A stretch of DNA of 52,797 nucleotides, the filler included, from Basidiobolus ranarum (taxonomy: Eukaryota), in assembly GCA_040143965.1 (NCBI GenBank). It is 2 parts of 2 records of this genome, joined end to end, with 100 filler letters (N's around TTAATTAATTAA, not from the genome) between each part and the next. Parts side by side here need not be neighbours in the genome. Positions count along the whole stretch, not along the records: positions 26,483 to 52,797 come from JASJQH010007008.1; 1 more part is not named here. One strand, given 5' to 3'. Shown here in pieces: positions 38,867 to 51,125 of this stretch. Numbering within the stretch: the stretch's first letter is position 1; each line of letters begins with the position of its first letter. Under the pieces are notes generated by a model. That model saw only the letters and a list, made by a program, of their open reading frames with translations, did not search any database and was not told the origin of the DNA. The translations under genes were made by a program, and so were the position numbers.

Positions 38867-39715
38867 ATGGTACAAGAAACTCCAGTACGGTTTGCATCAG
38901 CAGGAAAACGTTTGCCTCTACCAGGTTTGAATCCCAATTCATACACCTACCTGGATTCTAGTTCGGATGGTGAAGGTACACAGTTGGGTGACGATACTGA
39001 CTCAGAAGCACCACTTTCCAGAACCTATATTAGCGGGAAAAGTTTACCAAAAACTGTATCACACCAAGCCCATTTTTCATCCATATCACCCTTCAGCTCA
39101 GATTTGGAAGAGAACGAATTAGTGATACCAAGAAGACACTCTGGAAAAACGTTGAAGAATATCATCAACCTCAAGAAAAAGTTCGATTTTGACACATTTC
39201 TGGAAGAGGAGACAGAGGAAGAAGACGAATTCTTTGAGTATGATTATTTCACCAATACTAAAGAATTGGGTGACATGGAGAGAAGAAGTTCGGATATTTC
39301 CATGTTCAATGAGAGTAGAAAGTCATCTTTATCTTTAAATGTCTCACTAAACCCAACATTGCATATATCAGATGAGATCTCGTTTGCATATGGTTTGGAC
39401 TCTGTATCGTCTGATTCACAGTCACCACCTGAAGATATGATATACCCAGAGGCAGACTCAGGATTTGCGAAAGAAGGAATGGTTAACCTAAGCAATATAC
39501 CGGATGCTGACATGATCAGTAGTCTAATCGAACAGGGAGTAGGGTCTTCGTCAGATAATGAAGAAATAGAATGGCACACTAATATCATCAAGGTGGACTC
39601 GGGTGAGGAGACAAATAGAGACTTTAGTCAGCATACTCGATACAGCCCTTATGGCCTAAAGCAAGGTCCGTTGAAGATATACATTAGAAGTAGGAGAGAG
39701 AAGAGGGAGAAATAG
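38867..39715 (+). CDS. Hypothetical acidic, Ser-rich, probably disordered protein (~282 aa from ATG 38867)
   Basis: Long open frame in AT-rich DNA; no domain recognised. Confidence 0.6.
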   Translation: MVQETPVRFASAGKRLPLPGLNPNSYTYLDSSSDGEGTQLGDDTDSEAPLSRTYISGKSLPKTVSHQAHFSSISPFSSDLEENELVIPRRHSGKTLKNIINLKKKFDFDTFLEEETEEEDEFFEYDYFTNTKELGDMERRSSDISMFNESRKSSLSLNVSLNPTLHISDEISFAYGLDSVSSDSQSPPEDMIYPEADSGFAKEGMVNLSNIPDADMISSLIEQGVGSSSDNEEIEWHTNIIKVDSGEETNRDFSQHTRYSPYGLKQGPLKIYIRSRREKREK

Positions 39716-40090
39716 CACCGGCCTACCAAGATAATTTTGTACTGCAGTATATGAGTTAGTAAAGTCGAAATCTGTTATAGCTATTTGAATTTAGAATAAA
39801 ATGTAAATCTGAACCATAATTGATGAACCATACTATGCTTAAATGATCCGACCTCACATGAAAATGAGTGCAAATGTTGTTTAGATTATGCCACTTCTTA
39901 TGAATAAAATAATAGTCGATTTTAATGATTTTGCAACTATGTTTGGTAATAAATTCAGAAAACTACTTGTTATAGGGTTGAAACCCTTTACAATTCATAA
40001 TTAAACACAAGAGAACTCAAGGCTGCGTTTGCCTTGTATAGTTACTCATTTGACACTTGAGTATTTTAAACTTGTAAAAATATTTCCAAA

Positions 40091-41680
40091 ATGACTACAT
40101 CTCCGGTGCAAACATTACAATATACACCGGTTGCTTCCATGATTCCTGAGATGGTGTATCCACCAGTTCCAGGAGAGACTCATGCTTTTTATGGAGACCA
40201 TCATAACAAAGGGGTGAAACTCCCTGACCGTTCTCACCTTAAGTTTAATGATTCTAACTTACCTAATCCTCTTAACTCTGAAATCCCCAATCAAATTCAA
40301 AAAGAGATTAATGAGCGCCTATACATCGCAGCAGAAACCGGCGATGCTAATGTTATGTCTGAACTATTAGAAGCTATGGATGCTGCTACAAACGGGTCAC
40401 CATCAGGACTGATCAATACGCCTTCTCCATCCACTGGACTTACAGCTTTACATTATGCTGCTTCGCGTGGCCATCTTACATTAGTACAGTTGCTAGTAGA
40501 TTCTGGCTCCATCGTTGAGCTACCAGATAAAGAAGGAGAGGTAGATATACCCACTTTTGTTTTTTCTTTTATAATATCTTGCTTTTATATTGCTTAGACC
40601 TAACTGATTGCTTTTCTTAGACTGCACTACTTAAAGCAGCTTATAACGGATACCTAAGTGTTATCAAATATCTAGTTGAACATCAAGCCGATGTCAATCA
40701 TAAAGATAATGACGGTTGGACCGCTTTACACAATGCCTGCTCAAGAGGCCAACTGGATGTTGTACGCTGGCTTATCGAAATCAGTGGTGCAGATGTGAAC
40801 ATCAGAAGCAAAATGGGACATACACCTCTAAGTAGGCCATATGAATGATTTGTTTTGAAACCTTTACAAGAAATTGAGCTGTAATCTTGCTTTTGTTTAG
40901 TTAATGCTGCATCCAAAGGTTATCTTCATATTGTGAGATATCTACTAAGGAAAGGAAAGGCCAATCCACTGATCAAGAATAAGTTTGGTGAAGCCGCATA
41001 CGATGTCGCGGCCGTCAGTATGGAGGCACAGGTGTGTGAATTATTGGAAAGAGCAGAAAAGGACTGGTGGAGAGCTCATAGAAAGCCTAGCGCTGGTAAG
41101 AATTTCGTAAAACTGAATTCAGAATTTTGTTAGAACATTCAATTGATATCATAAATAATTGATAGGTGGACCTCCTGTAGTCAAAGAGAAGTACGACATG
41201 ATCGCTTCACACAATACAATTCTTGTAATTTTACATGAGAACCAGCGGTCTACATCAAGCTTCCGACTTCGGTTCACAGCACCCAAGTTTTCGATAAGTG
41301 CGCTTTCAAAGTCCGATATACGTGGCCCCTGGTCTTTAACTAACGGGGAGCCCAAAGACAAAGAAGATATTCACTTGCCCACGCCTCCCGAATCCTCGCA
41401 ATCTACGTCTGATTCTTGGTTTTGGCTTACTGACTGGCAAGTTGACATCAAGCATCTGCAAGTTGATCCGGAAGAAGGATGGCAATACTCAAGATCATTT
41501 GACTGTCTAGAAAAGGAATGGACCCCTTCTGCGCCTGGTGCTGGATCTGGGGGTAGCTGGGTAAGAAGAAGAAGATGGTTCAGAGCAATGAAGCGTCAAG
41601 TGGATGTTGCACAGTTGACTCTGGATGAGTCGGACGACAACATATCGTTCAACAGCCAAGAAGCGATCTCTAGTTCATAG
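40091..41680 (+). CDS. Ankyrin-repeat protein with C-terminal dysferlin (DysF/Pex24-type) domain, 4 exons
   Basis: GLTALHYAASRGH, GWTALHNACSRG, GHTPLINAASKG; DysF motifs WFWLTDWQVD, DPEEGWQYSRSF, WVRRRRWFR. Confidence 0.85.
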
Positions 41681-42396
41681 AGAGTATGTTTTCAGCAGCC
41701 AACTCTCGTAATACCATATGTTTATTTGTTCACTCCATATGCATCCCACCAAAGAAACCATGAATATCCCAATTTTTTCTATGAAGAACTGATTTATTTA
41801 TATAGTCGAACTTAATATGCTTCAAATCGTACAATAAATCACAAACGATACCAGATATGCTACTATATAGCTACAATCAATGCTGTGAGCCATCTGAATT
41901 ACTGATGCTTTATTGATGCGAATGCTTGTGGTGTTGACTACGATTCGCTCAGTTCACATGTAAAATTTTATCTCGACTGTTGCATCGTCATTCACCATTT
42001 CACTACTAGGCTGGTCTCGGCTTACCCATGGCACAAATCTCTGGCTCACACTGCGATTGTAAAAAAAATCCCCTTTCCATTTTCATCTTTGTGCTAACCA
42101 TTCTAACCTTTTCTTTCCCCATCATTATTATATCTTTATATTATTCTATTTATTATAGTGGGTAATATTTCTCTTCGAAGCGACTCCATCGTTAGAATTC
42201 CCCAAAGAGATACCACTACATAGTACACGACACGTAACATTGAAGAGTGTTAATTACACTACAACAATTGCATACAGGGTACACTCTAGAGACAAAATTC
42301 ATTATAAATTCTACCCTGAGCTTATTATTCTCCTTGTGTCTTTCTACTCTCCTACGCTCAGATATTTCTTTTCATCCCATCTGAAAAACCTTTAGT

Positions 42397-45300
42397 ATGA
42401 CTATTGATAAACTCTTTCTCGGTAAGAGCTTCTATATAGTTGGCTTCGACGATATTCGATATCAACAATTGTATGACAATATTGAAAGTCATGGGGGTAC
42501 TGTTATCCTAGATGCTTTTATGCCAGCCAAGGTAATGTCATACTCTAAAATATTTTTTGACTTTCCTTCCTTGATTCTCCTATTATGACAGGAACATTTT
42601 TCCACATTCTTAAAAGCAAACCACCACTTCAAAACTCTTGACTTAGAGAGTTCTTTTTTATACTTTATAGACTTCCTATGTTTTGACTACACCTCATATT
42701 TTGGAAGCTATGAAAGACATTCTTTCAGAATTGTTGGCTTTTAACATACCAATTATTGATGAAGGTTTTGTATGGAGTTCTATACAACAAGGGATTTTAG
42801 TCAATCCGGAGATGTTTGATCTAACACGGTATGGGATGACTTTCTTTTCTTAGATATTCTATGTTGAAGCTTCCAATAGAGAATTATTTGCTTTCACATA
42901 CTTGATTATTAACCTTCTCGTTGTTAGGGAGCTATCTGTCACATCAAGAGGTGAGGAACTTCCGCGAGTTAACCTAAATTCTAACAGTAGTTGGTCTACA
43001 GCCAGTGATTTACCGGCTCATCACGACGCATATGGATATGAAATTCCAAGTAGTGACGGCCCTGCACCTAACGACCATTCTACAAAGCCTAACCAGAATC
43101 CGGACCAACCCTACTTCAAGTCAGTGAAATTCGACCGTGGTAATTCAGCGGACTCTGACTCCGATGATGGCGAAATGGATGACTATGACGACAAGTCTTT
43201 CATGGCCACACCTAGCATGGAATATGAGAATGTTGAATTAATTCAGGATAATCAAGCACAAGCTATTCATAGAGAACGGTTGGAATGGCGTGGTATGTTG
43301 GCTTCTGTATTGACTGGAGAGGTAATCAAATCCGAAAAGATGCGCATATCGGATTCCTTAAAGTCTAAGCAACAAAAGGCCGCCTTAAGCTATCAAAACT
43401 GGTTAGGCATACGTGCTTTGCTGAGACAAACAAGTGTTCTTCATGAGAAAAGATTTTTAGAAGAGGCTCGCTCCCAAATCGATGGCGTATTGCAGGAAGT
43501 GATTGGATTTCGGATTACAAATCGCTCAATCCCAGCCATAGAGCAAGTCGCAGAAATTTTGCAAAAAGTAGATCAAGTTGAAAACCTTTATCCAACTCGT
43601 AAAGCTATCATGGATGACAATCCTCTGTATGCGTCTCAAGAATTCCAATATAACTTAGACGCGTTGACTTCGTGGTGTACGGTTACCATGAGCATTCAAA
43701 TGCAATTGAAAATTCTCAAGAATTGGACTGGTAGTGACAGCCTACAGGTAGCGAGACCCAAGGATACGCCGGCGAATCCTGACGAGCCTTCTTTCATTGA
43801 GCGGATTTTAAAGGAGAACGGATTGCAGCGTACTTTTGAAAAACGTACTCTCTCTACCCTCAATTCTCTTCTATCCAAAGCTAAAACAAACATGATTGAG
43901 AATGCATCCGCTTACTCCGATATGGATTTGCCATCGTACACCAATGAACTTCGACAGCTGGTCAGGTTCCCTACGAGCTTAATGGAAGAATGTTTGAGGC
44001 TACGTTTAGAATACGCAGAGCGCGTCACTGATCCCACTAATTTAATGTTGGATCAGATGTCCGAAGATTTCAGAGTATCCTTGTCATTGGCGTGCCGAAT
44101 CAAGCATGAGTATCAAGAATTAACCCAAGCAGCTCCCGGTTGGGAGGTGCCTAATTGTATCGATGAACAATACGATTCGGTGCTTTTTGATAGCTTGAAG
44201 TATTACCTCAAATTGCTGCACTGGAAGCTCAAAGGTGGTAGTAAGGCCGTTTATTTCAAAGAGGCGGAAATCCTAGAAAGCGAATTCAATTTCTTAAGCG
44301 AAGTTTCGTTATACATTGAAGGTGGAGAGTGGGAGACTGCTGAACAACTTTGCTCACTGACTAACCGATTGCTCTGTCGTGTTCTTCTCTACTTTGAATC
44401 TCAGATGCGAGTGCCACCGGAGATGCCAGCAGCTGGTCTGATTAAATGGTATAATCGGGTATTGGAAAACGTACGTATGGGGGTGAGAAAGTTATTACGT
44501 TTCTCCAAGTTGCTCAGCAATCAATATGAAAGTGCCACTGAGTATATCTTCGAGCCGAGTAACCTGGACCTCGTACTAGGAACTCTCAGTGCCTCGGGTC
44601 ATGTGTTGGTTTACACTGGTTCCTTCGAAAGGGATGGACTTTATATCTTAGTCGACCCAAGTCTATGCCAAAAGCCGAATTTGGTGCGGAGACTAATGAG
44701 ATCGTGCATTTGCAACGAGAAGGAAGATATGATTAACAAGGAAAGCTATATGCTGATCATCAACCCCGGGAAGCGTGAGCTTGTGTGGCACGGCCAAATC
44801 ATTCAGATTGACGTAGAGTATATGAATATCAACCTCGGTATCAACCGTATTCGACTCATTTCGGAGAGTTCTGGTAGTCTTCCAGAGAGTAATCGTGTGT
44901 TTGCAAGCAGAACGGAGGGGATTGGGATAAATGTTATCCACAATCAAAAGTCGCATATTCCCAAAGTACATAAGGAGCAGAACAAAATCAAGAAAACCGT
45001 TTTCAAATTGGCTGAAACAATCCTGTTTAATGTCAATGTCATTCGGGAAGCTACCAAGCATGCGCCTTCTGTAGATTTAATTGAAAATTGCTTTACCTTC
45101 GCTTCCGACTTCGGACAGCGTGCCTTAAAATACATGGAAATTGGAGTTAGATCACAACTGAACTTGCAAATGATGCGTCTGGCAATCGATTGGGTAACCT
45201 TTGTGGTATCCGATTGTGTGCCTACTGAGAAGAAGACCTTCCGTTGGGCTGTAATTGCCTTGGAGTTCGCCATGCAAATGACTAGGGCTAATAACATCTT

Positions 45301-46782
45301 GCTACTTAGCGATGAAGAGTTTGAGCTTCTCCAAAGTAAAGTAGCAATATGTATGACTTTGTTGGTATCGCATGTGGATATTGCTGGAGCTAGAAGCGCC
45401 CATGAAGCAGTGCACCAAGCTGAACAGGAGAAACAAAGCAACATGGATGCTGCTATGGATGATCTTAGCAAACATCTACAAATGACAGTGTTTAGCACTT
45501 TCGCTAGTGATAGCTCTCTAATTGCCGTCCGGGATGAATGGATGCGAAAGCTTAAGGAAGTAGATGACTATCGAACCTCAAAAGAACAAGATGCCAGACT
45601 CATCGGTAAGGTACTAGATGATAATCGTCCAGAGGATCGTAGTTTGGTATTCTTAGCCTCCTCTTCAAGTAATATTTCACTACGTTGGCAACAAGGAAAG
45701 TTCATTGGAGGTGGTACTTTTGGTTCTGTGTATCTTGCAATTAACTTGGACAGTGGTGATCTCATGGCTGTCAAGGAAGTTCGGTTCACAGACTCTTCCT
45801 CGCTGACTGCTTTACACAAGTCTATCCAAGAAGAGATGTGTATTATGGAGAGTCTCGATCATCCAAATATTGTCAAATACTTCGGCCTAGAGGTGCATCG
45901 TGACAAGGTGTATATCTTCATGGAGTATTGTCAAGGTGGTTCACTGGCGGACTTACTTGAACATGGCCGTATCGAAGATGAAAACGTCGTCAAAGTTTAT
46001 ACACTGCAGATGCTTCATGGGTTGGAGTATCTCCATGAAAATAGTATTGTGCACAGAGATGTCAAGCCTGATAGTAAGTATCAATTTTCCCTCATTTTCG
46101 TCAGTTCGATGGTTCTAACTCATTTTCCTATTAAGATATCCTACTGGACCATAATGGCCTCATCAAGTTTGTCGATTTTGGTGCAGCTAAAGTTATTGCC
46201 AAAAACCAAAAGACTATGGGACGTGCTACGAATAATCAACAAATGAAGGTAAACAGCTTGACGGGTACACCAATGTACATGGCGCCCGAAGTTATTACAG
46301 GTGGAGATCGTGGTCGTCAGGGTTCCCAGGATATTTGGTCACTTGGATGTTGTATCCTTGAGATGACAACGGGGCGTCGTCCATGGTCCAATTTAGACAA
46401 CGAGTGGGCGGTCATGTATCACGTAGTGACAGGCCATCCACCACTTCCCGATCCATCCCAATTAAGCGAGACGGGTATGGATTTCCTGAAGAATTGTTTC
46501 ACTAGGTCTCCTTCAAAACGTCCTACTGCTCAGGAGTTATTACAGCATCCATGGGTCAAAGACATAAAAGACGTTAATATGGATCAACGGTGGTCTGCTG
46601 CTCTGGCTACTGGCTTAGTGAATGGGTCACCGGCCAACTCTTTTGCGGGTATTCCATCATTACCAAGCATGGGGGCTTCGTCGAGTACCACGTCAGTTGG
46701 TCTTTCTACTATCCGAGAGGAGGGATTTTCCAATCCTTTCAGGCAGATTGAGGCTGCCAATGGCTTAGAATCTCACAAATGA
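42397..46782 (+). CDS. SSK2: Stress MAP kinase kinase kinase (Ssk2/Wis4/MEKK4 family) with predicted N-terminal BRCT-like domain
   Basis: RERLEWRGMLASVLTGEVIKSEK N-terminal Ssk2 motif; kinase motifs RWQQGKFIGGGTFGSVY, HRDVKPDN, DFG, GTPMYMAPE, LDNEWAVMY; upstream exons 42397-42531 and 42671-42828 splice in frame to 42928. Confidence 0.9.
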
Positions 46783-47100
46783 AACACTCCTTAAAGAGCA
46801 TTTACTTTCCTAACTAATATCTGTGTTTGACCTTCACCTTGTTCCCGCCCCGCCGACATCATGTACTTTTCTTTTTGGCCTTTAGTTATACAATATTCCC
46901 ACATCTCTTGGATGTATTTCGTCTGCTGTCTTTCCCCTTTTATTCATACACCAATATAGTCGTCGCGGGCATTTACATTACATTTACACTTGTTCCTAAC
47001 TTTCTATTAAAATTTCTGGCTTCATCATTACTCAACCGATCATTCAACCATTGCCTCAAACAATCAATGAATGATGGAATCTTAATATTGATGTCAGTAG

Positions 47101-47166
47101 TCAATTATCAGTAGGATATATCTCAATTATCAGTAGCATATATCTCAATTATCAGTAGCATATATC
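47101..47166. repeat. Minisatellite, 22-bp unit x3
   Basis: TCAATTATCAGTAG(G/C)ATATATC in tandem. Confidence 0.92.
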
Positions 47167-47328
47167 TGCGATGTCAGTTGTCAGTAGGACTGTATGTATA
47201 TATATATATGGTTCACTTATTTTTTGACTATCCATATCCCTTTTTCCCTTCCAAATATAGTAATTATTTCATAGTCACACTCTGTATGAAAAGGTGCCAA
47301 AGTGAATACTTCTTCATAGTTACATATT

Positions 47329-48931
47329 ATGTGTCGTTTCTTGCTGTACAAAGGAAAGTCCTCGGTTTTGATTGCTGACGTGAGTAGAAGTATAACAACC
47401 TTCTACACTACTTTTCAGAACTAAAGCTTTCAAAATTTCCCAACCTTTAGCTATTGACCCGTCCTGCTCATTCCATAATTAACCAATCTTTCGATTCCCG
47501 TCTGAGAATAGATACAAGGAGACCATTAAACGGTACCATCCTAGTTCAATCAGCTCTCAATATCTATTTTTCCTCTAATCTACTTCATTCATGTGTGTAT
47601 CCTTGCTCAGGTGACGGCTTTGGAGTTGGTTTGTGTATTTTCCGTTGTATTCTTAAAGATAAAGTGACCGCTGAATTATAAGAACTCTTTTTAGGCTGGT
47701 ATCAATCAGAACATGATGAAAGCCCGTGCATATTTACTTCTACTCTACCTGCTTGGAATAACGTTAATTTGACTCGTTTGGCTGAAAAGATAAAGAGCCC
47801 TTTGGTATTTGCTCACGTCAGGGCTACCACTACTGGCTTGGCCTCCGAAGCTAACTGTAAGTTTCAAGTATCTATCTTTTCGTAAAACTTGATAGAACTA
47901 AAATTGCTGAATTAAAGGTCATCCATGGCAATATGGTAATTTGATGTGGATGCACAATGGAAATATATCTGGATTCGATCAAGTTAGTGACTTTAGGTAG
48001 AACTTGAACTGAAACAATCAATCATTGACTCTCTGATTATCAGATTAGAAGAAAGCTATTAGCTACACTTGCAGACGAAGTATTCAACTTTGTTCAAGGA
48101 ACTACTGATTCAGAATGCGCATTTGCTCTATTTTTAAATCAGGTATTTACTTAAAAACAAGTCACTTGGGCATTCCTGCGTTAATGAATATTCAGTTGGA
48201 AAATCCAGAAAGCCCATACCACACCCCAGAGGAGTTAAAAGAGGCCATGCTACAGATGATTGCTTTACTAAATAAGTGGACTCGTGAAGTTGGAGTTACT
48301 GAGGTATCTGAGTTAAGATACCCTCCTAATGTGATACCAATTTCTCATTTGTATATTTCCCTTTCATTCAGCCATCATTAATGAATTTCGCAGTAACTGA
48401 TGGAAGAACCGTGATCTGCACTCGATACATCAGCTCAGCAACCCAGGAAGCTGCGTCGTTGTATTTCTCTTCAGGTAAATATTGATTTCTTTCATCTTTT
48501 TCAATACTACTACCGTTGCTAATTTCATTTTAAAGGAACTCGTTTTGAGTCTTACAAACCAGGACACTATCGTATGGTAGGTTAACTCTTGCAGAATCTC
48601 ACCTACTATCCTGTGTCCAACACTTCTTTTTCATAGATCAAATCTGATAAGCGAGAGGATATAGTAGTGGTAGCATCAGGTTGACTTCTTCATTCTTCAG
48701 CTCTACATATCTGCACAAATAGTCTTTAGAAACTAACTTGCGCTTCCTGTTTGCTTTATAGAGCCCCTCACCTTTGAGCAGGCAGACTGGATAACAATCC
48801 CCACGAATACATTGGTTGTCATTACTCCTCGTTTCAATGTGCTTTTGTATCCTATTAAGGATGAGAACTACAATCCCCAGGATAGGCATCAACCAGTAGA
48901 TCTTTCTTGTGTTTATAACTTTAAGAAGTGA
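47329..48931 (+). CDS. DUG3: Class II glutamine amidotransferase, Dug3-like (glutathione degradation), about 11 exons
   Basis: Spliced reading MCRFLLYKG..LLTRPAHSIINQSFDSRLR..NGDGFGVGWY..PAWNN..FAHVRA..NCHPW..MHNG..GTTDSE..SLYFSSG..VASEPLT; catalytic Cys2. Confidence 0.93.
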
Positions 48932-49179
48932 GCCATAAATATATATATATGTAGCACTTAATGTGTATTTTATGCAAAGATATTAAATAGCCATTATTAA
49001 TGTTACTATTAATAAAAGACCAGTATTCCCCACAGGGAGCGATATATATGTGAACAAAAGTTGATAGTTTAATCTTCAAATGAGTTTGGTTAACTTGAAA
49101 TAGACATTTTTACATGTGGGATATGAAGTGCAATATGCTGGCTGGGATGATTTAGTAAGTAGACTCGATTGGAATCGCT

Positions 49180-51125
49180 CTACTTTTTGAGTGTACCAAT
49201 GACACATTCTGGGGAGTATTTTTCGATTACATTAGGCTCATGTAACATGTTGAATTCTTTGGAAGCATCTCTGCCTGCAAAGAGTAAAATGGATTTTTTG
49301 CCTCCTGGATGGTCACTTAAAAAATCGGTAACATCGAGGACTTGGCCATTAACCACAACCCAACAGTCCTTTTCAGTATTGTGCTTAGCGATATCGTCTA
49401 GTGAGTATTCTTTCAATTCCACTTTCTTTGGCTGCTCCTTTGCTTCTTGGGATTGCTCCTGTTTGCTAGCAATAGCAGGTGCCTGTTGGAATCCGTTACC
49501 ATTCACTTTGATGTCTACCTGAACTCGATTCTCTTCTGGGACTACGTTTAACTTGATTTGTGCTCCAAGTTGATTTGCTAAGTTCACCAAGCGTCTGACA
49601 GCTACTTCAGATTCAGAACCGACTGAGGTTGAAGAGGCGAGATTTTGGAACATATAACGTGAAGCACTGTTGCCAGCAACTCTACCGAACACTACGCATC
49701 CCAGAAGGGAACTACCACCTAGACGATTGGCTCCATGTACGCCACCAGCCAACTCACCGCAAGCGAAAAGACCTTGAATTAATCCATCAGTTCCTTTAAC
49801 TCTCGACTCAGGATCAATTTCGACACCACCCATAGTGTAATGAAGGACAGGTGTCATCAATGCGACATGATATTCATCGTTCATCTTGAAGGGAGCATTA
49901 TGGAAGAAACGTTTCCCGAATGGATCATTCTTCTTTTCGGCATATCCATTGTATTGATTGAAAGTTTCCTCCAACATCTTAGGATCACATCCCATTTCTT
50001 TAGCTAATTCTTCACCACTTGCGAACTTTCTCATCAAACCACGGCCTACATAATGCTTACAATGCCATTCGAGACTACTTGAAGCACTACTGTTGAGAAG
50101 TAAACGAATAGGAGACTTGGTCTTCCACATCTCACCAGTAACATAATCACGATGTCCCAATTCGTCACAGAAACGCTTTCCTTCTGCGTTAATTAGGATA
50201 CCCCCTACTCCACGCAGTGCCTCTGCCGCCAAGAACTTCACCTTAGCTTCAGGATCCTTGGGGTCGATTAAGCCGGTAGGATGTACCTGAATTTTATCCA
50301 TGTGAATCATACTTCCACCGATGGACATAGCCATCTTATGACCGTCACCAGTAGAGAAATCACCATTCGATGTAGGGAGATCGACCCATTCTGGGCGGTA
50401 TTTTTTAATCAAAGAGTTATCAGTGAAATCAGCAGCAAACCCACCGGTAGCTAAGATAACGGGACCATACTCTATGAATTTCTCTCCCTTTCTTTCGTAT
50501 TCAATACCGATTACGGCATTATTATCATCACGTATAAGATTAGTTGCTTTAGCCTTAGTTATGCACTGTACACGATGAGGTTCTTTCTTGGCTAATTCCT
50601 CCAGCTTTTCCATCAAAGCGTAGGTGATGGTCATACCAGGAAACTTTTCTTTACCACGATGGGTACGTTGAAAGGAATGTCCACCCAAACGAGATAATAA
50701 TGAAAGATCTAGATTGAATCTTTCCTGCAACCACTCTATGGCCGAAGCGCTATCACCAGTTAAAACTTTAACTAATTCTGGTTGAATCAGATCACGAGCT
50801 GACTTGGCGGTATCTTCATAAAAAGCCTCGACCGAGTCCTAAAAGTATTGATTCGATCATTTAGTTAAAAAGGAAAGATTCAAGGGGGGGGGGGGAGAAT
50901 GGAGAGTTAGCATAAGCAACCAACCTGAATTCCTTGTTTTATTTGAGTGCGTGTTAAAGCTCCGTTGATTCCAGAGGTTGCTTTGGTAGAGTTACCACCG
51001 TAGAACGAACTTTTATCAATCAATATGACGTTACCGCCACATTCATAGACAGCATGAGCAGCAGCCAGACCGGACAATCCACCACCTACAACGATTGCTT
51101 TATGCTGCATAGTTTGATTTGACAT
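49180..51125 (-). CDS. OSM1: Soluble FAD-dependent fumarate reductase (Osm1/Frd1-like) with C-terminal cytochrome b5 domain, 2 coding exons (intron 50839-50924)
   Basis: VVGGGLSGL, GGNSTKATSGING, QVHPTG, LAAEALRG, HYTMGG, GVHGANRLGGSSL; b5 heme motif DHPGG. Confidence 0.93.

Noticed and set aside
47597-47604. GTATCCTT, a U12-type 5' splice site motif in DUG3
   Set aside because: It lies at the 3' end of a normal GT-AG intron, and the frame is satisfied without using it
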